The notes under the pieces were generated by a model that did no database searches, was not told where the DNA came from, and saw only the letters and a program-made list of their open reading frames with translations. A stretch of 64,000 bases of DNA. Source: an uncultured Pelagibacteraceae bacterium (lineage in GTDB: Bacteria > Pseudomonadota > Alphaproteobacteria > Pelagibacterales > Pelagibacteraceae). A program made the position numbers and the translations under genes. Every line of letters starts with the position of its first letter. Positions within the stretch are counted from its first letter, which is position 1. The stretch covers positions 16,356 to 80,355 of the forward strand of contig CACLEU010000001.1 in NCBI GenBank assembly GCA_902606075.1, read 5' to 3'. This document shows positions 1-13,701 of this stretch, piece after piece.

Positions 1-2074
1 ATCCTGTCTTCTTTGTTACCTCATCCTGAACATTTTGAGGAACTTTATCATAATGATCAAAAAACATTGAATATTGTGCTCGACCTTGAGACATTGATCT
101 TAATGCATTAATGTAACCAAACATATTTGCTAAAGGCACCATTGCAGTTATAACAGTAGCATTACCTCGTTGTTCTTGAGTGTTTATCTGTCCTCTTCTA
201 CTATTTAAATCTCCAATAACATCACCCATATAATCTTCGGGTGTAACGACCTCAACTCTCATTATTGGTTCTAATAATTTTAAAGTTGCTCTGTTACATG
301 CCTCTTTAAAGCATTGTCTAGACGCTAGCTCAAAAGCTAAAACACTAGAATCAACGTCGTGATGTAATCCATCTAAAATTGTTACTTTGTAATCAATTAT
401 CGGGAAACCGGCCAAAATTCCAGAATCTGAAACACTCTCAATGCCTTTTTCAACACCAGGAATAAACTCTTTAGGAATAGCACCGCCTTTGATTTTGCTT
501 TCTACTTCTCTACCCTTTCCAGGCTCAAGAGGTTCAATTGATAATTTTACTCTAGCGAATTGACCAGCACCTCCACTTTGTTTTTTATGTGTATAGTCAA
601 ATTCAGAACCCTTTAAAATTGTTTCTCTATATGCAACTTGAGGTGCACCGATATTTGCTTCGACTTTAAACTCTCTTTTCATTCTATCTACGATAATATC
701 AAGGTGAAGTTCACCCATACCTTTTATTATAGTTTGACCTGATTCCTCATCAGATGTAACCCTAAATGATGGATCTTCTTTTGCCAATCTACCCAAAGCT
801 TCACCCATTTTTTCTTGATCGCCTTTTGTTTTAGGCTCAACTGCTATTTCAATCACAGGATCTGGAAATTCCATAGGCTCAAGAAGTACTGGCTTATCTT
901 CATTTGCTAAAGTATGGCCAGTAATTGTATATTTTAAACCTGCTAAAGCAACAATATCGCCCGCATTAGCTTCTTTGATATCCTCTCTTGAATTTGCATG
1001 CATTAACAACATTCTGCCAACTCTTTCCTCTTTATCTCTAGAAGTATTATAAATTCCAGTTCCAGATTTAACAGTACCAGAATAGATTCTTATAAAAGTC
1101 AGTGAACCTACAAAAGGATCATTTGCAACTTTGAAAGCTAATGCTGAGAATGGAGCATTATCTTCAAATTTCATTTCAATATGTTCCTCTGAGTTTGGTT
1201 TGGTGCCTTGAATTGAACCAATGTCAACTGGACTAGGTAAATAATCTACTACTGCGTCCAATAAAGGTTGTACACCTTTGTTTTTGAAAGCAGAACCAGT
1301 TAAAACAGGAACAAAATTAAAGTTTAAACAACCTTTTCTAATACATTTTTTTAAGTCTTCTACTTTTATCTCTTCACCGTTTAGATAACTCTCCATTAAT
1401 TTTTCATCTTGCTCAACTGCAGTTTCAACTAATTCTTGTCTATACTTATCTGTAATTTCTTTTAAATCAGCAGGGATATCTTTTTCTTCCCACTCTGCGC
1501 CTAAGTCCTCATTTTTCCAAACAATTGCTTTCATTTTAACAAGATCAACAACTCCTTGTAACGAAGCTTCTATGCCAATAGGAATTTGCATTACCAAAGG
1601 TTTTGCACCAAGTCTTTCTTTTATCATATCGACACATCTGAAAAAATCTGCTCCAGTTCTATCGAGTTTATTAACAAAACAAATTCTAGGAACTTTGTAT
1701 TTATCAGCCTGTCTCCATACAGTTTCAGATTGTGGCTCAACTCCTGCAACACCATCAAAAACAGCAACTGCACCATCAAGTACTTTTAAAGATCTTTCAA
1801 CTTCAATTGTAAAATCTACGTGACCTGGTGTATCTATAATATTAATTCTATGATCATTCCAAAAACATGTAGTAGCAGCAGAAGTGATAGTAATACCTCT
1901 TTCCTGTTCTTGCTCCATCCAATCCATCGTAGCTGCTCCATCGTGTACCTCACCAATTTTGTGACTTTTACCTGTATAATATAATATTCTTTCAGTTGTA
2001 GTAGTTTTACCAGCATCTATATGAGCCATGATGCCAATATTTCTGTATTTATCTAAAGAGTGTGTTCTTGTCAT
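1..2074 (-). CDS. fusA: Elongation factor G (stop codon runs off the left edge)
   Basis: Manual translation from ATG at 2074: [35 protein letters not shown]...[18 protein letters not shown]; reads to ...[13 protein letters not shown] at position 2; follows rpsG. Confidence 0.98.
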   Translation of the reverse strand, partial: MTRTHSLDKYRNIGIMAHIDAGKTTTTERILYYTGKSHKIGEVHDGAATMDWMEQEQERGITITSAATTCFWNDHRINIIDTPGHVDFTIEVERSLKVLDGAVAVFDGVAGVEPQSETVWRQADKYKVPRICFVNKLDRTGADFFRCVDMIKERLGAKPLVMQIPIGIEASLQGVVDLVKMKAIVWKNEDLGAEWEEKDIPADLKEITDKYRQELVETAVEQDEKLMESYLNGEEIKVEDLKKCIRKGCLNFNFVPVLTGSAFKNKGVQPLLDAVVDYLPSPVDIGSIQGTKPNSEEHIEMKFEDNAPFSALAFKVANDPFVGSLTFIRIYSGTVKSGTGIYNTSRDKEERVGRMLLMHANSREDIKEANAGDIVALAGLKYTITGHTLANEDKPVLLEPMEFPDPVIEIAVEPKTKGDQEKMGEALGRLAKEDPSFRVTSDEESGQTIIKGMGELHLDIIVDRMKREFKVEANIGAPQVAYRETILKGSEFDYTHKKQSGGAGQFARVKLSIEPLEPGKGREVESKIKGGAIPKEFIPGVEKGIESVSDSGILAGFPIIDYKVTILDGLHHDVDSSVLAFELASRQCFKEACNRATLKLLEPIMRVEVVTPEDYMGDVIGDLNSRRGQINTQEQRGNATVITAMVPLANMFGYINALRSMSQGRAQYSMFFDHYDKVPQNVQDEVTKKTG

Positions 2075-2078
2075 TTTA

Positions 2079-2549
2079 TTACCATCTGAAGTGAGCAAAG
2101 GCTTTGTTCGACTCTGCCATTTTATGTGTATCTTCTTTTTTCTTTATTGCTGATCCTCTATTTTGATACGCATCATATATTTCATTAAAAATTTTATCAG
2201 ACATCTTTTTATCTTTTCTTTTTCTTGATGCATCTATTAACCACCTAATTGCTAATGCTTGTGACCTTTTTGATTTTACTTCAACTGGAACTTGATAAGT
2301 TGCACCACCTACTCTTCTTGATCTAACTTCAACAGTTGGTTTTATATTTGTAATAGCTTGATTAAATACTGTTATAGGTTCGTCTTTTGATTTTGATTTA
2401 ATTTTGTCAATAGCATCATAAATGATTTTTTCAGCAATTGTTTTTTTACCATCATACATTAAAGAATTAATTAATTTTGGAATTATTGCAGATTTATACC
2501 TGGCGTCTAATGCTATAATTTTTTTTTTAGAACTTTTTTTACGAGACAT
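2079..2549 (-). CDS. rpsG: 30S ribosomal protein S7
   Basis: [30 protein letters not shown]. Confidence 0.99.
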   Translation of the reverse strand: MSRKKSSKKKIIALDARYKSAIIPKLINSLMYDGKKTIAEKIIYDAIDKIKSKSKDEPITVFNQAITNIKPTVEVRSRRVGGATYQVPVEVKSKRSQALAIRWLIDASRKRKDKKMSDKIFNEIYDAYQNRGSAIKKKEDTHKMAESNKAFAHFRW

Positions 2550-2551
2550 AG

Positions 2552-2923
2552 TTATTTACCCTTCTTTGCGCCGTATTTAGATCTTTGTTGTTTTCTCGAT
2601 GTAACGCCTTGGGTGTCTAAATTACCTCTTAGAATATGATAACGAACACCTGGTAAATCTTTTACTCTTCCTCCCCTAATAAGAACAACTGAGTGTTCTT
2701 GTAAATTATGACCTTCACCTGGGATATATGAAGTTACCTCATGACCATTTGATAATCTTACTCTCGCGACCTTTCTTAATGCTGAATTTGGTTTTTTGGG
2801 TGTAGTTGTATAAACTTTTAAACAAACACCTCTTTTTTGAGGTGATTTTTCAAGCGCAGGAACTCTGTCCCTAGCTTTAGGCCTAGTTCTTCTTTTTTTC
2901 AACAGTTGGTTTATCGTTGGCAT
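2552..2923 (-). CDS. rpsL: 30S ribosomal protein S12
   Basis: [29 protein letters not shown]. Confidence 0.99.
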   Translation of the reverse strand: MPTINQLLKKRRTRPKARDRVPALEKSPQKRGVCLKVYTTTPKKPNSALRKVARVRLSNGHEVTSYIPGEGHNLQEHSVVLIRGGRVKDLPGVRYHILRGNLDTQGVTSRKQQRSKYGAKKGK

Positions 2924-2949
2924 AATATTAAATTGATAATGGAAGAATT

Positions 2950-3020
2950 TAAATGCAGTCTAAAATCTGTGGTCGCGTTTAGTACCTAGTTAGCACTACT
3001 ATCCAACCAAAATCTTGGTG
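2950..3020 (-). ncRNA. Putative structured rpsL 5' leader RNA
   Basis: GC-enriched leader with nested pairing on the - strand: TGGTTG..CGACCA outer stem, TAGTGCT..GGTACTA inner stem; an rpsL leader motif has been described in Pelagibacter/Rickettsiales (from memory). Confidence 0.6.
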
Positions 3021-3048
3021 AAAATACTATAGTTTTTAAATTTGTCAA
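3021..3048 (-). promoter_or_regulatory. Putative sigma70 promoter of the str operon
   Basis: TTGACA (3048-3043), 16 nt spacer, TATTTT (3026-3021) on the - strand, just upstream of the leader. Confidence 0.5.
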
Positions 3049-3077
3049 ATTAAAACAATAAAAAAAAAGGTATATTA

Positions 3078-6000
3078 TTAAGGATTTGAGGGGGTTTCAG
3101 GCTGATCTATCTTTTCTTGTTCGGATAAAAATTTTTGGTCATCAACAAGTGCTTTTTTATTCCATTTGTTTTTAATTGAGCCAGTGCCCGCTGGAACTAG
3201 TCTTCCTACAATTACATTTTCTTTCAAACCAGTTAGAGTGTCTACCTTACCTCTTATTGCAGCGTCAGTAAGAACCCTAGTAGTTTCTTGGAATGATGCA
3301 GCAGATATAAAGGATTCTGTTTGTAATGATGCCTTAGTTATACCCATCAAGACTCTCTCACCTGTGGCAGGTTTTTTGCCATTTTTAACTAATTCCTCAT
3401 TTAAGGTATCTAATTTAAATCTATCTATAATTTCACCAGGTAAATATTCTGAGTCCCCTGAGTTTTTTATTTCAACTTTTTTAAGCATTTGTCTTAAAAT
3501 AGTTTCTATGTGTTTGTCATTAATAATAACGCCTTGTAGTCTATAAACTTCTTGTACTTGGTTAACAAAATATTCTGTTAATTCTTTAATACCAAGAATT
3601 CTTAAAATATCATGTGGTAATGGTTGGCCATCTAACAAATATTCACCCTTTTTAATTTCTTCACCTGGATTAAAATTTATATGTTTACCTTTTGGTATTA
3701 AATAATTTGAAGTTTCGCCAGACTCAGAAACAATTGATACCTTTTGTTTTCCTCGCACTTCTTTTCCAAACATCACTTTACCATCATTTTCTGCGATTAT
3801 TGCACTGTCTTTGGCTTTTCTTGCCTCGAATAATTCAGCAACTCTTGGTAAGCCACCAGTTATATCCTTTGTCTTAGAGGTTTCTTTTGGCAATCTTGCA
3901 ATTACATCCCCAGCACTAATCTTTTGACCATCTTTTACAGATAAAATAGAATCTGGGACAAGATAATATCTTGCTTCATTATCATCTGCTTTTTTAATAA
4001 CATTTCCTTTCTCATCTCTTAAGGTAATTCTAGGTTTTAATTCAGTATTCTTTGATTGTGACCTCCAATCAATAACAGATTTAGATGATATACCTGTAGT
4101 ATCATCTTGAGTTTCTGAAATGGAAACTCCATCAATTAGGTCTACAAAATTTGCAATACCACTTTTTTCAGCAATAACTGGGGTTGTATATGGATCCCAT
4201 TCACAAACTTTTGAATTCTTTTTTATTTTATCTCCATTTTTGAAAAAAAGTTTTGATCCATACGGAACTTTATAAATTGCTATTTGCATTCCCTTTTCAT
4301 CTTCGAGGGATAACTGGGTATTTCTTCCCATAACTATCTGATTTTTTTTAGAATCTTCTAGTAAGTTTGTATTAATTATTTTTAATACACCATCATTTTT
4401 AACTACAATTTGTGATTCCTGTTTAATCTGAGCAGTACCACCAACGTGAAATGTTCTCATTGTTAATTGTGTACCAGGCTCACCTATTGACTGTGCAGAA
4501 ATCATTCCGATAGCTTCGCCTACATTTACCATTATCCCTCTAGAAAGATCTCTTCCATAACACATCGCGCAGACACCCTCTTTAGATCCACAAGTTATTA
4601 CTGAGTATACATTTATAGCTTTTACTCCAGCGGCATCTATTTTTTCACAACCTGCTTCATCTATCATTTCATCTTTTTTAATTATTATTTCTCCCGTTAT
4701 TGGATTTTTGACATTATCTGCAACTACTCTACCCAATGATCTTTCTGATAAACTTACAATAATATTTCCACCCTCAATAATTTCCGATAAAGTTATACTT
4801 TCTTTGTTTTTACAAGCGCAATCTTTTTTTGTTATTGTTAAATCTTGAGCTACGTCACATAATCTTCTAGTCAAATACCCAGAATTAGCTGTTTTTAGAG
4901 CTGTATCTGCAAGACCTTTTCTAGCACCGTGCGTAGAATTAAAATATTCAAGGGCAGTTAATCCTTCTTTGAAGTTTGAAGTAATCGGTGATTCAATGAT
5001 TTCTCCTGATGGCTTTGCTATAAGACCCCTCATGCCAGCTAACTGTTTCATTTGTGCAGCAGAACCTCTGGCTCCAGAGTCTGCCATCATAAATACTGAA
5101 TTTATATTAAGTCCTTTATCAGTTTTTTCTGTAGCTGAAATACCCTTCATCATCTCAGATGCAACTTTATCTGTACATTTTGACCAAGCGTCTACAACTT
5201 TATTATACTTTTCACCTCTTGTGATTAAACCCTCTGAATATTGATTTTCATAGTCTTTGATTAATTTTTTTGTTTCATCAATTAATGTCTCTTTGCTTTC
5301 AGGAATTATTAAATCATCTTTACCGAAAGATATACCAGCCTTAAATGCATGCTTAAAACCTAAATCTTTTAATTTGTCACAAAATATAACTGTATTTTTT
5401 TGACCAGTGAACCTGAATACCATATCAATTATTTCAGATACAATTTTTTTCGGTAAAACCCTATCAATTAAACTAAAAGTAATATCTTTATTTTTTGGTA
5501 AAAGATTTGCTAATAAAAATCTTCCAACAGTACTTGTGTGTTTTTCAAATTTACTTTCACCATTTTCATCCACTGTTTCAAATCTTGATATAATTCTTGA
5601 GTGAATTTTTATACTTCCAGATTCTAAGGCTTGTTCAATTTCAGATGTATTAACAAAGTATCCTTCAATAGTCTTTTCTTGATATGGAGCTAAAGATAGA
5701 TAATAAATTCCCAATATCATATCTTGGCTTGGTACGATTATAGGCTTTCCATTAGATGGGCTTAAAATATTATTTGTAGACATCATTAAAACTCTGGCTT
5801 CAAGTTGTGCTTCTAAACTCAAAGGTATATGCACTGCCATTTGATCACCATCGAAATCTGCATTAAATGCAGCACAAGTTAATGGGTGTAATTCAATTGC
5901 ATCGCCCTCTATTAATTTTGGTTCGAATGCTTGAACACCAAGTCTGTGTAAAGTTGGTGCTCTATTTAATATTACCGGATGTTCTCTGACAATAAGTTCA

Positions 6001-7247
6001 AGTGCATCCCAAACCGCGTTAGTCTCCCTTTCAACTAATTTTTTAGCTTGCTTAATAGTCGAAGCTAACCCCAGCTTATTTAATCTCGCATACAAGAAAG
6101 GTTTAAATAACTCTAATGCCATTTTTTTTGGCAATCCACATTCATGAAGTTTCAAATCAGGACCAACAACAATTACAGATCTTCCAGAGTAATCTACTCT
6201 TTTACCTAAAAGGTTTTGTCTAAACCTTCCTTGTTTACCTTTAAGCATTTCTGCTAAAGATTTAAGTGGTCTTTTACCAGTACCAGTGATTACTCTTCCT
6301 CTTCTTCCATTGTCAAATAATGCATCTACTGATTCTTGCAACATTCTTTTTTCATTTCTTACGATAATATCTGGTGCTTTTAAATCCATTAATCTTTTCA
6401 AACGATTATTTCTATTTATGACTCTTCTATATAAATCGTTTAAATCTGAAGTCGCAAATCTACCTCCATCTAATGGAACTAATGGTCTTAATTCCGGTGG
6501 TATGACAGGTATAACGGTAAGTATCATCCATTCAGGCTTATTCCCTGTTTTAATAAATGAGTCTATAAGTTTTAAACGTTTAATTGATCTTTCTTCAGCT
6601 ACTTTTGATTTTGTCTCATTTATCGTTTTTACTAATACATCTTTCTCTTTTTCAAGATCAATAGATTTTAAAATTTCTAAAATAGCCTCAGCACCTATTC
6701 CTGCGGTAAATGATTCATCTCCAAACTCGTCTTGAAATTTAATCAATTCTTCCTCAGATAATAACTGGTTTTTTTTAAGACCGGTTAAACCAGGCTCTAT
6801 TACGATAAAATTTTCAAAATACAAAACTCTCTCAACTTCTTTTAATTTCATGTCAACAGCCAAAGATATTCTGCTAGGTAGTGATTTTAAGAACCATATG
6901 TGTGCAACTGGAGTTGCAAGATTTATATGACCCATTCTTTCTCGTCTTACATTAGATTTGGTTACTTCGACACCACATTTTTCACAAATTATTCCTCTGA
7001 ACTTCATTCTCTTGTATTTTCCACAAAGACATTCGTAATCTTTTATTGGTCCAAAAATTCTTGCACAAAATAAGCCATCTTTTTCTGGTCTGAAAGTTCT
7101 GTAATTTATAGTTTCTGGTTTTTTTATTTCTCCATAAGTCCAAGATCTAATTTTTTCAGGACTTGCAAGAGAGATTTTTATACTATTAAAATTCTGTGCA
7201 TCTGAAATCTCAGTGCTTTTAAAAATATTACTTAAATCTTTTTTCAT
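3078..7247 (-). CDS. rpoC: RNA polymerase beta' subunit
   Basis: [12 protein letters not shown] catalytic motif, N-terminal Zn finger, 1389 aa. Confidence 0.99.
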   Translation of the reverse strand: MKKDLSNIFKSTEISDAQNFNSIKISLASPEKIRSWTYGEIKKPETINYRTFRPEKDGLFCARIFGPIKDYECLCGKYKRMKFRGIICEKCGVEVTKSNVRRERMGHINLATPVAHIWFLKSLPSRISLAVDMKLKEVERVLYFENFIVIEPGLTGLKKNQLLSEEELIKFQDEFGDESFTAGIGAEAILEILKSIDLEKEKDVLVKTINETKSKVAEERSIKRLKLIDSFIKTGNKPEWMILTVIPVIPPELRPLVPLDGGRFATSDLNDLYRRVINRNNRLKRLMDLKAPDIIVRNEKRMLQESVDALFDNGRRGRVITGTGKRPLKSLAEMLKGKQGRFRQNLLGKRVDYSGRSVIVVGPDLKLHECGLPKKMALELFKPFLYARLNKLGLASTIKQAKKLVERETNAVWDALELIVREHPVILNRAPTLHRLGVQAFEPKLIEGDAIELHPLTCAAFNADFDGDQMAVHIPLSLEAQLEARVLMMSTNNILSPSNGKPIIVPSQDMILGIYYLSLAPYQEKTIEGYFVNTSEIEQALESGSIKIHSRIISRFETVDENGESKFEKHTSTVGRFLLANLLPKNKDITFSLIDRVLPKKIVSEIIDMVFRFTGQKNTVIFCDKLKDLGFKHAFKAGISFGKDDLIIPESKETLIDETKKLIKDYENQYSEGLITRGEKYNKVVDAWSKCTDKVASEMMKGISATEKTDKGLNINSVFMMADSGARGSAAQMKQLAGMRGLIAKPSGEIIESPITSNFKEGLTALEYFNSTHGARKGLADTALKTANSGYLTRRLCDVAQDLTITKKDCACKNKESITLSEIIEGGNIIVSLSERSLGRVVADNVKNPITGEIIIKKDEMIDEAGCEKIDAAGVKAINVYSVITCGSKEGVCAMCYGRDLSRGIMVNVGEAIGMISAQSIGEPGTQLTMRTFHVGGTAQIKQESQIVVKNDGVLKIINTNLLEDSKKNQIVMGRNTQLSLEDEKGMQIAIYKVPYGSKLFFKNGDKIKKNSKVCEWDPYTTPVIAEKSGIANFVDLIDGVSISETQDDTTGISSKSVIDWRSQSKNTELKPRITLRDEKGNVIKKADDNEARYYLVPDSILSVKDGQKISAGDVIARLPKETSKTKDITGGLPRVAELFEARKAKDSAIIAENDGKVMFGKEVRGKQKVSIVSESGETSNYLIPKGKHINFNPGEEIKKGEYLLDGQPLPHDILRILGIKELTEYFVNQVQEVYRLQGVIINDKHIETILRQMLKKVEIKNSGDSEYLPGEIIDRFKLDTLNEELVKNGKKPATGERVLMGITKASLQTESFISAASFQETTRVLTDAAIRGKVDTLTGLKENVIVGRLVPAGTGSIKNKWNKKALVDDQKFLSEQEKIDQPETPSNP

Positions 7248-7249
7248 AA

Positions 7250-7558
7250 TTATTGTACAAATGAGCTGAGTTTATTTTTCCAATTTTTGCCCTCAGTTGA
7301 AACAAAAATTGATACTGCTTCTATTTCTTTTTTTGATAATTTATCTTTATAAGCTGGCATAACGCCATATCCATTAGTTACTATATTAATAACATGCTGT
7401 TTTGAAAGATTGTTTTGACCACCATCTGCAGCATTCAGTATATGGCAATTAATACAAGCTTCTTTATTGTAAAAAATATCTTCACCTATTTTTATTAGAT
7501 CTTCCGAATTTGCTATAGAGGGTAAAGATAAAGTAATTAATAAAATAAATTTTTTCAT
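7250..7558 (-). CDS. Small periplasmic monoheme c-type cytochrome (class I, c6/c553-like)
   Basis: Signal peptide [18 protein letters not shown], heme motif CINCH, distal GVMPAY Met ligand, [10 protein letters not shown] helix. Confidence 0.85.
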   Translation of the reverse strand: MKKFILLITLSLPSIANSEDLIKIGEDIFYNKEACINCHILNAADGGQNNLSKQHVINIVTNGYGVMPAYKDKLSKKEIEAVSIFVSTEGKNWKNKLSSFVQ

Positions 7559-7560
7559 AG

Positions 7561-10500
7561 TTAATTTAATTCTACATTTAAAGCCAAAGATTTGATTTCT
7601 TTAACCAGAACGTTAAATGATTCTGGTATTCCAGACTCAAAATTTTCTTCGCCTTTCACTATTGTTTCATATACTTTGACTCTGCCCGCTACGTCATCAG
7701 ATTTAACTGTTAGTATCTCTTGTAAAGTATAGGATGCTCCATATGCTTCTAAGGCCCAAACTTCCATTTCTCCAAATCTTTGCCCTCCCAGCTGTGCTTT
7801 TCCACCAAGTGGTTGTTGAGTAACTAAACTGTAAGGACCTGTAGATCTAGCGTGTATCTTATCTTCTACTAAGTGGTGAAGTTTAAGCATATAGATTGTT
7901 CCAACAGTTACATTTCTATCAAATTTTTCTCCTGTTCTTCCATCCCAAAGTTCAGTTTGACCAGACTTTGGTAGTTTTGCTAAATCTAGCATTTCTGTAA
8001 CATCTTTTTCTTTAGCTCCATCAAAAACAGGTGTTGAAATAGGAACACCGTTCATAAGATTTTCACATAAATCAGAAAATTCATTTTTTGATAATTTTTC
8101 AATTGAGTCACCAAGAATTTCTTGTCCATAAATTGATTTTAAAAATTCCCTGATTTTTGAGTTTAATTCTAATTTTTTTTGATTTTCAAAAATTAGTGAT
8201 TTTAATTTTTCACCTAATTCAGTGCATGCCCATCCTAAATGTGTCTCTAGTATTTGACCAACATTCATCCGACTAGGGACACCAAGAGGATTTAATACTA
8301 TGTCAACTGGTTTACCGTTTTGTCTATAGGGCATATCCTCAACAGGAACTATTTTACTTACAACACCTTTATTACCATGTCTTCCAGACATTTTATCACC
8401 AGGTCTTAGTCTTCTTTTAATTGCAACAAATACTTTTACCATTTTCATTACGCTCGGCAAAAGATCATCACCTTGCCTGATTTTCAATACTTTATCTTCA
8501 AATCTTTCCTTAATATCAAGACTTGCTTTGTCATATTGATCATTAAGCTTACTAAGAATTTCATTTTTTTTTATATCGTTTAAATCAATTTTGAAAATAT
8601 CTGTGCTTGATAATAATGAAATATTATCTTGATTAATTTCATCACCTTGATTTAAATTTTTTACTTTTTTTGTAAGTTTATAGCCGTTTAAAATTTGTAA
8701 AGCTCTTTGCTTTATACTTCTGTTTAATATCTCCTCTTCAACAATTCTGTCTTGTTGAACAAGATCAATTTCTGCTCTTTCAATTGTTATTGATCTCTCA
8801 TCTTTTTCAATACCATGTCTGTTAAAAACTCTTACATCTATAACTGTTCCACCACTTCCACTTGGCATTTTTAAAGATGTATCCGTAACATCAATAGCTT
8901 TTTCGCCAAAAATAGATCGTAGTAACTTTTCTTCTGGTCCTGATGCTGTATCACCTTTTGGTGTAACTTTTCCGACTAAAATATCTCCAGGCTTAACTTC
9001 TGCTCCAATATAAACTATTCCAGATTCGTCTAAATTTTTTAAAGCCTCTTCATTAACATTTGGTATATCTCTCGTAATGTCTTCTTCGCCAAGTTTTGTG
9101 TCTCTTGCCATAACTTCATATTCCTCTATATGAACAGAAGTAAAAACATCATCAGTAACACATCTTTCAGAGATTAAAATTGAATCCTCAAAATTATAAC
9201 CTTGCCATGGCATAAAAGCTACTGTTACATTTTTACCAAGTGCAAGTTCTCCAATTTTCGTGGATGGTCCATCAGCTATAATATCTCCATTTTTAACTTT
9301 ATCCCCTACTCTAACTAAAGGTTTTTGATTGATACAAGTATTCTGGTTTGATCTCTTAAATTTTTGCAAATTGTATATGTCAACACCTGACTTTGAATAG
9401 TCTGTTTCACCAATAGCCTTTATGACTATTCTTTTACCATCAATCTTGTCTACTACACCATCTCTTTTTGCAACTATTGTTACTCCAGAGTCTAGTGCTA
9501 CATCGCTTTCAATTCCGGTGCCCACTAATGGAGACTCAGGTTTGAGCAAAGGAACAGCTTGTCTCATCATATTAGATCCCATTAATGCCCTATTTGCATC
9601 GTCATTTTCTAAGAAAGGTATTAGTGATGCAGCAACAGAAACCAATTGCTTTGGAGATACATCTATATAGTCAATGTTTTCAGGTTTTGATAAAATAAAA
9701 TTTAAGTTTTGTCTACTCGATACTAGGTCTTCATTTAGTTTTCCATTTTTATCAATTTTCGAATTTGCTTGTGCTATAGTATACTTAGTTTCTTCCATAG
9801 CAGATAAGTATTCTATTTTCTCTTGAACTACGCCATCAATTACTTTCCTGTATGGTGACTCAATGAAGCCATACTTATTAATTTTAGAATAAGTTGATAA
9901 ACTATTTATTAATCCAATGTTAGGTCCTTCTGGTGTTTCAATTGGACAAATTCTACCATAATGTGTTGGATGGACATCTCTTACTTCAAAACCTGCTCTC
10001 TCTCTTGTTAATCCACCAGGTCCTAAAGCGGAAACTCTTCTTTTATGTGTAATTTCTGATAAAGGATTTGTTTGGTCCATAAACTGAGAAAGTTGGGAAG
10101 TTGCAAAAAAATCTTTTAATGAAATTGTTAAAGGTTTTGCATTAATTAAATCTTGAGGCATGGCAGACTCAACATCTAATGTTGTCATTTTTTCTTTAAT
10201 AGCTCTCTCCATCCTATAAACACCTATTCTTGCTTGATTTTCCACTAACTCACCAACTGATCGAACTCTTCTGTTGCCTAAATGATCTATATCATCTACC
10301 TCATCCTTACCATCTCTTAGATCAAGCATTTTTTTGATTATAGAAATAATGTCATCATTTCTCAGAATTGTAATTTTATCAGAACAATCAAGATTTAGTC
10401 TTGAATTAAGTTTTACTCTTCCAACGTCAGATAAGTCATATCTAACTGAACTAAAAAATAAATTATTAAATATTTGAGATGCAATTTCAATAGTTGGTGG

Positions 10501-11643
10501 TTCACCGGGTCTCAATACTTTATAGATTTCATTGATTGCCTCGTTTTTAGTTTCATTCTTATCATTAAATATACTTTGTAATAAATACGGACCTTTGTTA
10601 ATAGAATTTGTATATGCTGTTTCTAGAATTGTAATATTCGATTCAATAACCTTGTCAATTATAGTTTCATTTAACTCTGTACCAATTTTAAAATTATCTT
10701 CACCAATAACAAATTGTTTGATTAAATATTTTCCATAAAGATACTGACTAGAAACATAAATTTCTTTTAAACCTTCTTCATGTAATTTTTTAGCTTTTAA
10801 AAAATTAATTTTTTCTCCTTTTTTAATTATCAATTTATTTGTTTTTGCATCAATGATTTCTTCTGAAAAATTTTTAGATTTATAATTTTCAGGGTTAAAT
10901 TTAGTTTTCCATTTTTTAGATTTTACATCAAAATTGTAAATTTCTTTTTCATAAAACTCATTAACCATGTCAGATTTATTGAATCCTAAAGCTAAAAGTA
11001 ATGAGGATATTAAAATTTTCTTTTTTCTATCAACTCTAAAATACAATAAGTCTTTTACGTCATATTCGAAGTCTAGCCACGAACCTCTGTTAGGAATTAC
11101 TCTGCAATTAAAGAGTAATTTACCGCTAGCGTGGGATTTTCCTTTATCGTGATCAAAAAATACTCCAGGGCTTCTGTGCATTTGGTTAACAACTACTCTT
11201 TGAACTCCATTAGTTATAAAAGTTCCACTGTTAGTCATCATAGGAACTTCTCCCATATAAACTTCTTGTTCTTTTGCAGATAAAATGTCTTTTGTATTAT
11301 TTTCTTGGTTTATTTCATAAACAACAAGTCGTAAGTTACATTTCAGTGCTGATGAATAAGTAAGCCCTCTTTGTATACATTCTTCAACATCAAATTTTGG
11401 TTTTTCCAACTTATAACTTACATACTCCAGAGTTGCTTTATCATTTAAATCTTCGATGGGAAAAATACTTTTAAAAACTCTATCAAAACCTTTAATAAAT
11501 TGTTGATCAATATTTTCCTTGAATTCCGTAAGCTGTTTGTATGAATTTTTTTGTACTTCTATAAGATTTGGTATGGACAAACCTTCTTTTAATTTACCGA
11601 AATTTTTTCTTATATTTTTCTTTTTAGTAAAAGATAATTGCAT
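7561..11643 (-). CDS. rpoB: RNA polymerase beta subunit
   Basis: [26 protein letters not shown], 1360 aa. Confidence 0.99.
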   Translation of the reverse strand: MQLSFTKKKNIRKNFGKLKEGLSIPNLIEVQKNSYKQLTEFKENIDQQFIKGFDRVFKSIFPIEDLNDKATLEYVSYKLEKPKFDVEECIQRGLTYSSALKCNLRLVVYEINQENNTKDILSAKEQEVYMGEVPMMTNSGTFITNGVQRVVVNQMHRSPGVFFDHDKGKSHASGKLLFNCRVIPNRGSWLDFEYDVKDLLYFRVDRKKKILISSLLLALGFNKSDMVNEFYEKEIYNFDVKSKKWKTKFNPENYKSKNFSEEIIDAKTNKLIIKKGEKINFLKAKKLHEEGLKEIYVSSQYLYGKYLIKQFVIGEDNFKIGTELNETIIDKVIESNITILETAYTNSINKGPYLLQSIFNDKNETKNEAINEIYKVLRPGEPPTIEIASQIFNNLFFSSVRYDLSDVGRVKLNSRLNLDCSDKITILRNDDIISIIKKMLDLRDGKDEVDDIDHLGNRRVRSVGELVENQARIGVYRMERAIKEKMTTLDVESAMPQDLINAKPLTISLKDFFATSQLSQFMDQTNPLSEITHKRRVSALGPGGLTRERAGFEVRDVHPTHYGRICPIETPEGPNIGLINSLSTYSKINKYGFIESPYRKVIDGVVQEKIEYLSAMEETKYTIAQANSKIDKNGKLNEDLVSSRQNLNFILSKPENIDYIDVSPKQLVSVAASLIPFLENDDANRALMGSNMMRQAVPLLKPESPLVGTGIESDVALDSGVTIVAKRDGVVDKIDGKRIVIKAIGETDYSKSGVDIYNLQKFKRSNQNTCINQKPLVRVGDKVKNGDIIADGPSTKIGELALGKNVTVAFMPWQGYNFEDSILISERCVTDDVFTSVHIEEYEVMARDTKLGEEDITRDIPNVNEEALKNLDESGIVYIGAEVKPGDILVGKVTPKGDTASGPEEKLLRSIFGEKAIDVTDTSLKMPSGSGGTVIDVRVFNRHGIEKDERSITIERAEIDLVQQDRIVEEEILNRSIKQRALQILNGYKLTKKVKNLNQGDEINQDNISLLSSTDIFKIDLNDIKKNEILSKLNDQYDKASLDIKERFEDKVLKIRQGDDLLPSVMKMVKVFVAIKRRLRPGDKMSGRHGNKGVVSKIVPVEDMPYRQNGKPVDIVLNPLGVPSRMNVGQILETHLGWACTELGEKLKSLIFENQKKLELNSKIREFLKSIYGQEILGDSIEKLSKNEFSDLCENLMNGVPISTPVFDGAKEKDVTEMLDLAKLPKSGQTELWDGRTGEKFDRNVTVGTIYMLKLHHLVEDKIHARSTGPYSLVTQQPLGGKAQLGGQRFGEMEVWALEAYGASYTLQEILTVKSDDVAGRVKVYETIVKGEENFESGIPESFNVLVKEIKSLALNVELN

Positions 11644-11692
11644 CTATTCCTAACTGCTAATAATTAAATTAACAGCCTATTTAAAATTTTTA

Positions 11693-12058
11693 TTACTTAA
11701 GTTCTACTTTTGCGCCGGCTTCTTCGAGTTTTTTCTTTATCTCTTCAGCATCTTTTTTATTAACACCTGATTTAATTTCTTTTGGAGCCGCTTCGACTAA
11801 ATCTTTTGCTTCTTTTAGTCCTAGTGTAGTAATTGCTCTAACTTCTTTAATTACGTTTATTTTCTTATCTCCTGCTGAAGCTAAAACTATAGTGAATTCA
11901 TCTTTCTCTTCAACTGGTGCCGCTGCTGCTGCTGCAGGTGCTGCTACAGCTGCCGCTGCTGTTACTCCCCATTTTTCCTCTAGCTGTTTAGATAGTTCTG
12001 CTGCTTCAACAACAGTCAAATTTGATAGTTCGTCAATGATTTTATTTAAGTCTGCCAT
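11693..12058 (-). CDS. rplL: 50S ribosomal protein L7/L12
   Basis: Ala-rich hinge, [24 protein letters not shown]. Confidence 0.99.
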   Translation of the reverse strand: MADLNKIIDELSNLTVVEAAELSKQLEEKWGVTAAAAVAAPAAAAAAPVEEKDEFTIVLASAGDKKINVIKEVRAITTLGLKEAKDLVEAAPKEIKSGVNKKDAEEIKKKLEEAGAKVELK

Positions 12059-12071
12059 GATTTATCCAAGG

Positions 12072-12581
12072 TTATTTTTTTGATTTTTCGAGCGCTAAAA
12101 TAGCGATTTTTGAGGCTGGCGCAAGTAAAATACTTGCTATTTTTTGACCTGGAGAGCGCAATATTCCTACAATTTTAGCTCTTGCCTCTTCGAGTGATGG
12201 TAGAGTTGCAACATTTTTAACTCCAGCAACATCTAAAACATCATTGCCCATGATTCCACCAAGTATTTTTAAATTATTATTTTCTTTTGAAAAATTAGTT
12301 AATATTTTTGCAGATGTAATCGCATCGGAAGATAATGCTACTGCTGTGGGTCCTTTGAAAAGATTGGACAAGTCTTTACATCTAGTTTTTTCTAGTGCGA
12401 GTTTAGTGATTCTATTTTTTGTAATCTTAAATTGAATACCATTTTCTCGCATTTTTGCCCTTAGATCATCTAATTGTTTTACTGTTAAACCTTGATAGTG
12501 TGCCACGATAACAGCTTCAGATTTATCAAATTGTGTCGTCATTTCTTTAATATATAATTGTTTTTTTTCTTTACTGATCAT
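12072..12581 (-). CDS. rplJ: 50S ribosomal protein L10
   Basis: YQGLTVKQLDDLR, KNRITKLA, LPSLEEARAKIVG; position in cluster. Confidence 0.97.
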   Translation of the reverse strand: MISKEKKQLYIKEMTTQFDKSEAVIVAHYQGLTVKQLDDLRAKMRENGIQFKITKNRITKLALEKTRCKDLSNLFKGPTAVALSSDAITSAKILTNFSKENNNLKILGGIMGNDVLDVAGVKNVATLPSLEEARAKIVGILRSPGQKIASILLAPASKIAILALEKSKK

Positions 12582-12583
12582 AT

Positions 12584-13273
12584 CTATATATTTTTCCCTA
12601 GTTTAACTTTATATGAAACACCCATTGTAGAAGTTACAAAAATATTTCTTATTAAATCACCTTTCACAGTTAAACTAGATTTCTCTTTATCAAGTGTGTC
12701 TATAACGGCATTAAAATTTTTAATTAAATTTTCATCTGAAAAAGTTTTTTTTCCAAAACTTAAACCAATATTACCATCTTTATCATTTTTAAGTTCTATT
12801 TGACCAGCCTTAGCATTTTTTACAGCTTTAGAGATATCATCAGTGACTGTTCCTAGCTTTGGATTTGGCATAAGTCCTTTGGGACCTAAAATTTTTCCAA
12901 GTTTTGATAATTTTATCATCATCGATGTTGTACAAATTAATTTTTCAAAATTTAGTTCCCCATTTTTTATTTTTTCAATCAAATCATCTGCGCCTATGAT
13001 ATCTGCGCCAGCATCTTTAGCATCTTTATGCTTAATTTCTTCAGCGACTACTGCAACTTTTATTTTTTTTCCACTTCCACTAGGTAAATTAACAGCAGTT
13101 CTAATATTTATTTCGTTTTTCTTCTGCTTATTATTAATTCTAATACTTAAATCAATAGACTCGTCAAATTTTGCAGTACAATTGTTTTTTATAACTGGTA
13201 ACAAATTATTTATAGCTTCCGATTTGTTAAGATTAGTTTTTTCTGGTAACTCTTTGAATCTTTTTGACTTCAT
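12584..13273 (-). CDS. rplA: 50S ribosomal protein L1
   Basis: KFDESIDL, LGPKGLMPNPKLGTVT, STMG. Confidence 0.98.
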   Translation of the reverse strand: MKSKRFKELPEKTNLNKSEAINNLLPVIKNNCTAKFDESIDLSIRINNKQKKNEINIRTAVNLPSGSGKKIKVAVVAEEIKHKDAKDAGADIIGADDLIEKIKNGELNFEKLICTTSMMIKLSKLGKILGPKGLMPNPKLGTVTDDISKAVKNAKAGQIELKNDKDGNIGLSFGKKTFSDENLIKNFNAVIDTLDKEKSSLTVKGDLIRNIFVTSTMGVSYKVKLGKNI

Positions 13274-13701
13274 TAATCTTTTACCTCAATTCCCATTGAT
13301 CTAGCCGATCCGGATATAATCTTGATAGCCTCATCAATATCGTGGGCATTCAAATCTTGCATTTTTTTTTGTGCAATTTCTTCCGCTTGTTTTCTAGTTA
13401 TAGACGCCACAATATTTCTTCCTGGTTCTTGTGATCCACTTTTTAATTTTGCTGCTTCCTTTATAAAATGAGATGCTGGTGGTGATTTGATTATAAAATC
13501 AAATTTTTTATCTTTATAAACAGTAATAATTACAGGCACTGGTTTACCCATAAAATTTTTTGTTTTATCATTAAAAGCTTTACAAAATTCCATTATATTT
13601 ATTCCTCTTTGTCCTAAAGCTGGACCAACAGGAGGTGCGGGATTAGCTTGTCCTCCTTTAATTTGTAATTTTACATATCCACTTATTTCTTTTTTAGCCA
13701 T
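13273..13701 (-). CDS. rplK: 50S ribosomal protein L11
   Basis: [26 protein letters not shown]. Confidence 0.99.
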   Translation of the reverse strand: MAKKEISGYVKLQIKGGQANPAPPVGPALGQRGINIMEFCKAFNDKTKNFMGKPVPVIITVYKDKKFDFIIKSPPASHFIKEAAKLKSGSQEPGRNIVASITRKQAEEIAQKKMQDLNAHDIDEAIKIISGSARSMGIEVKD

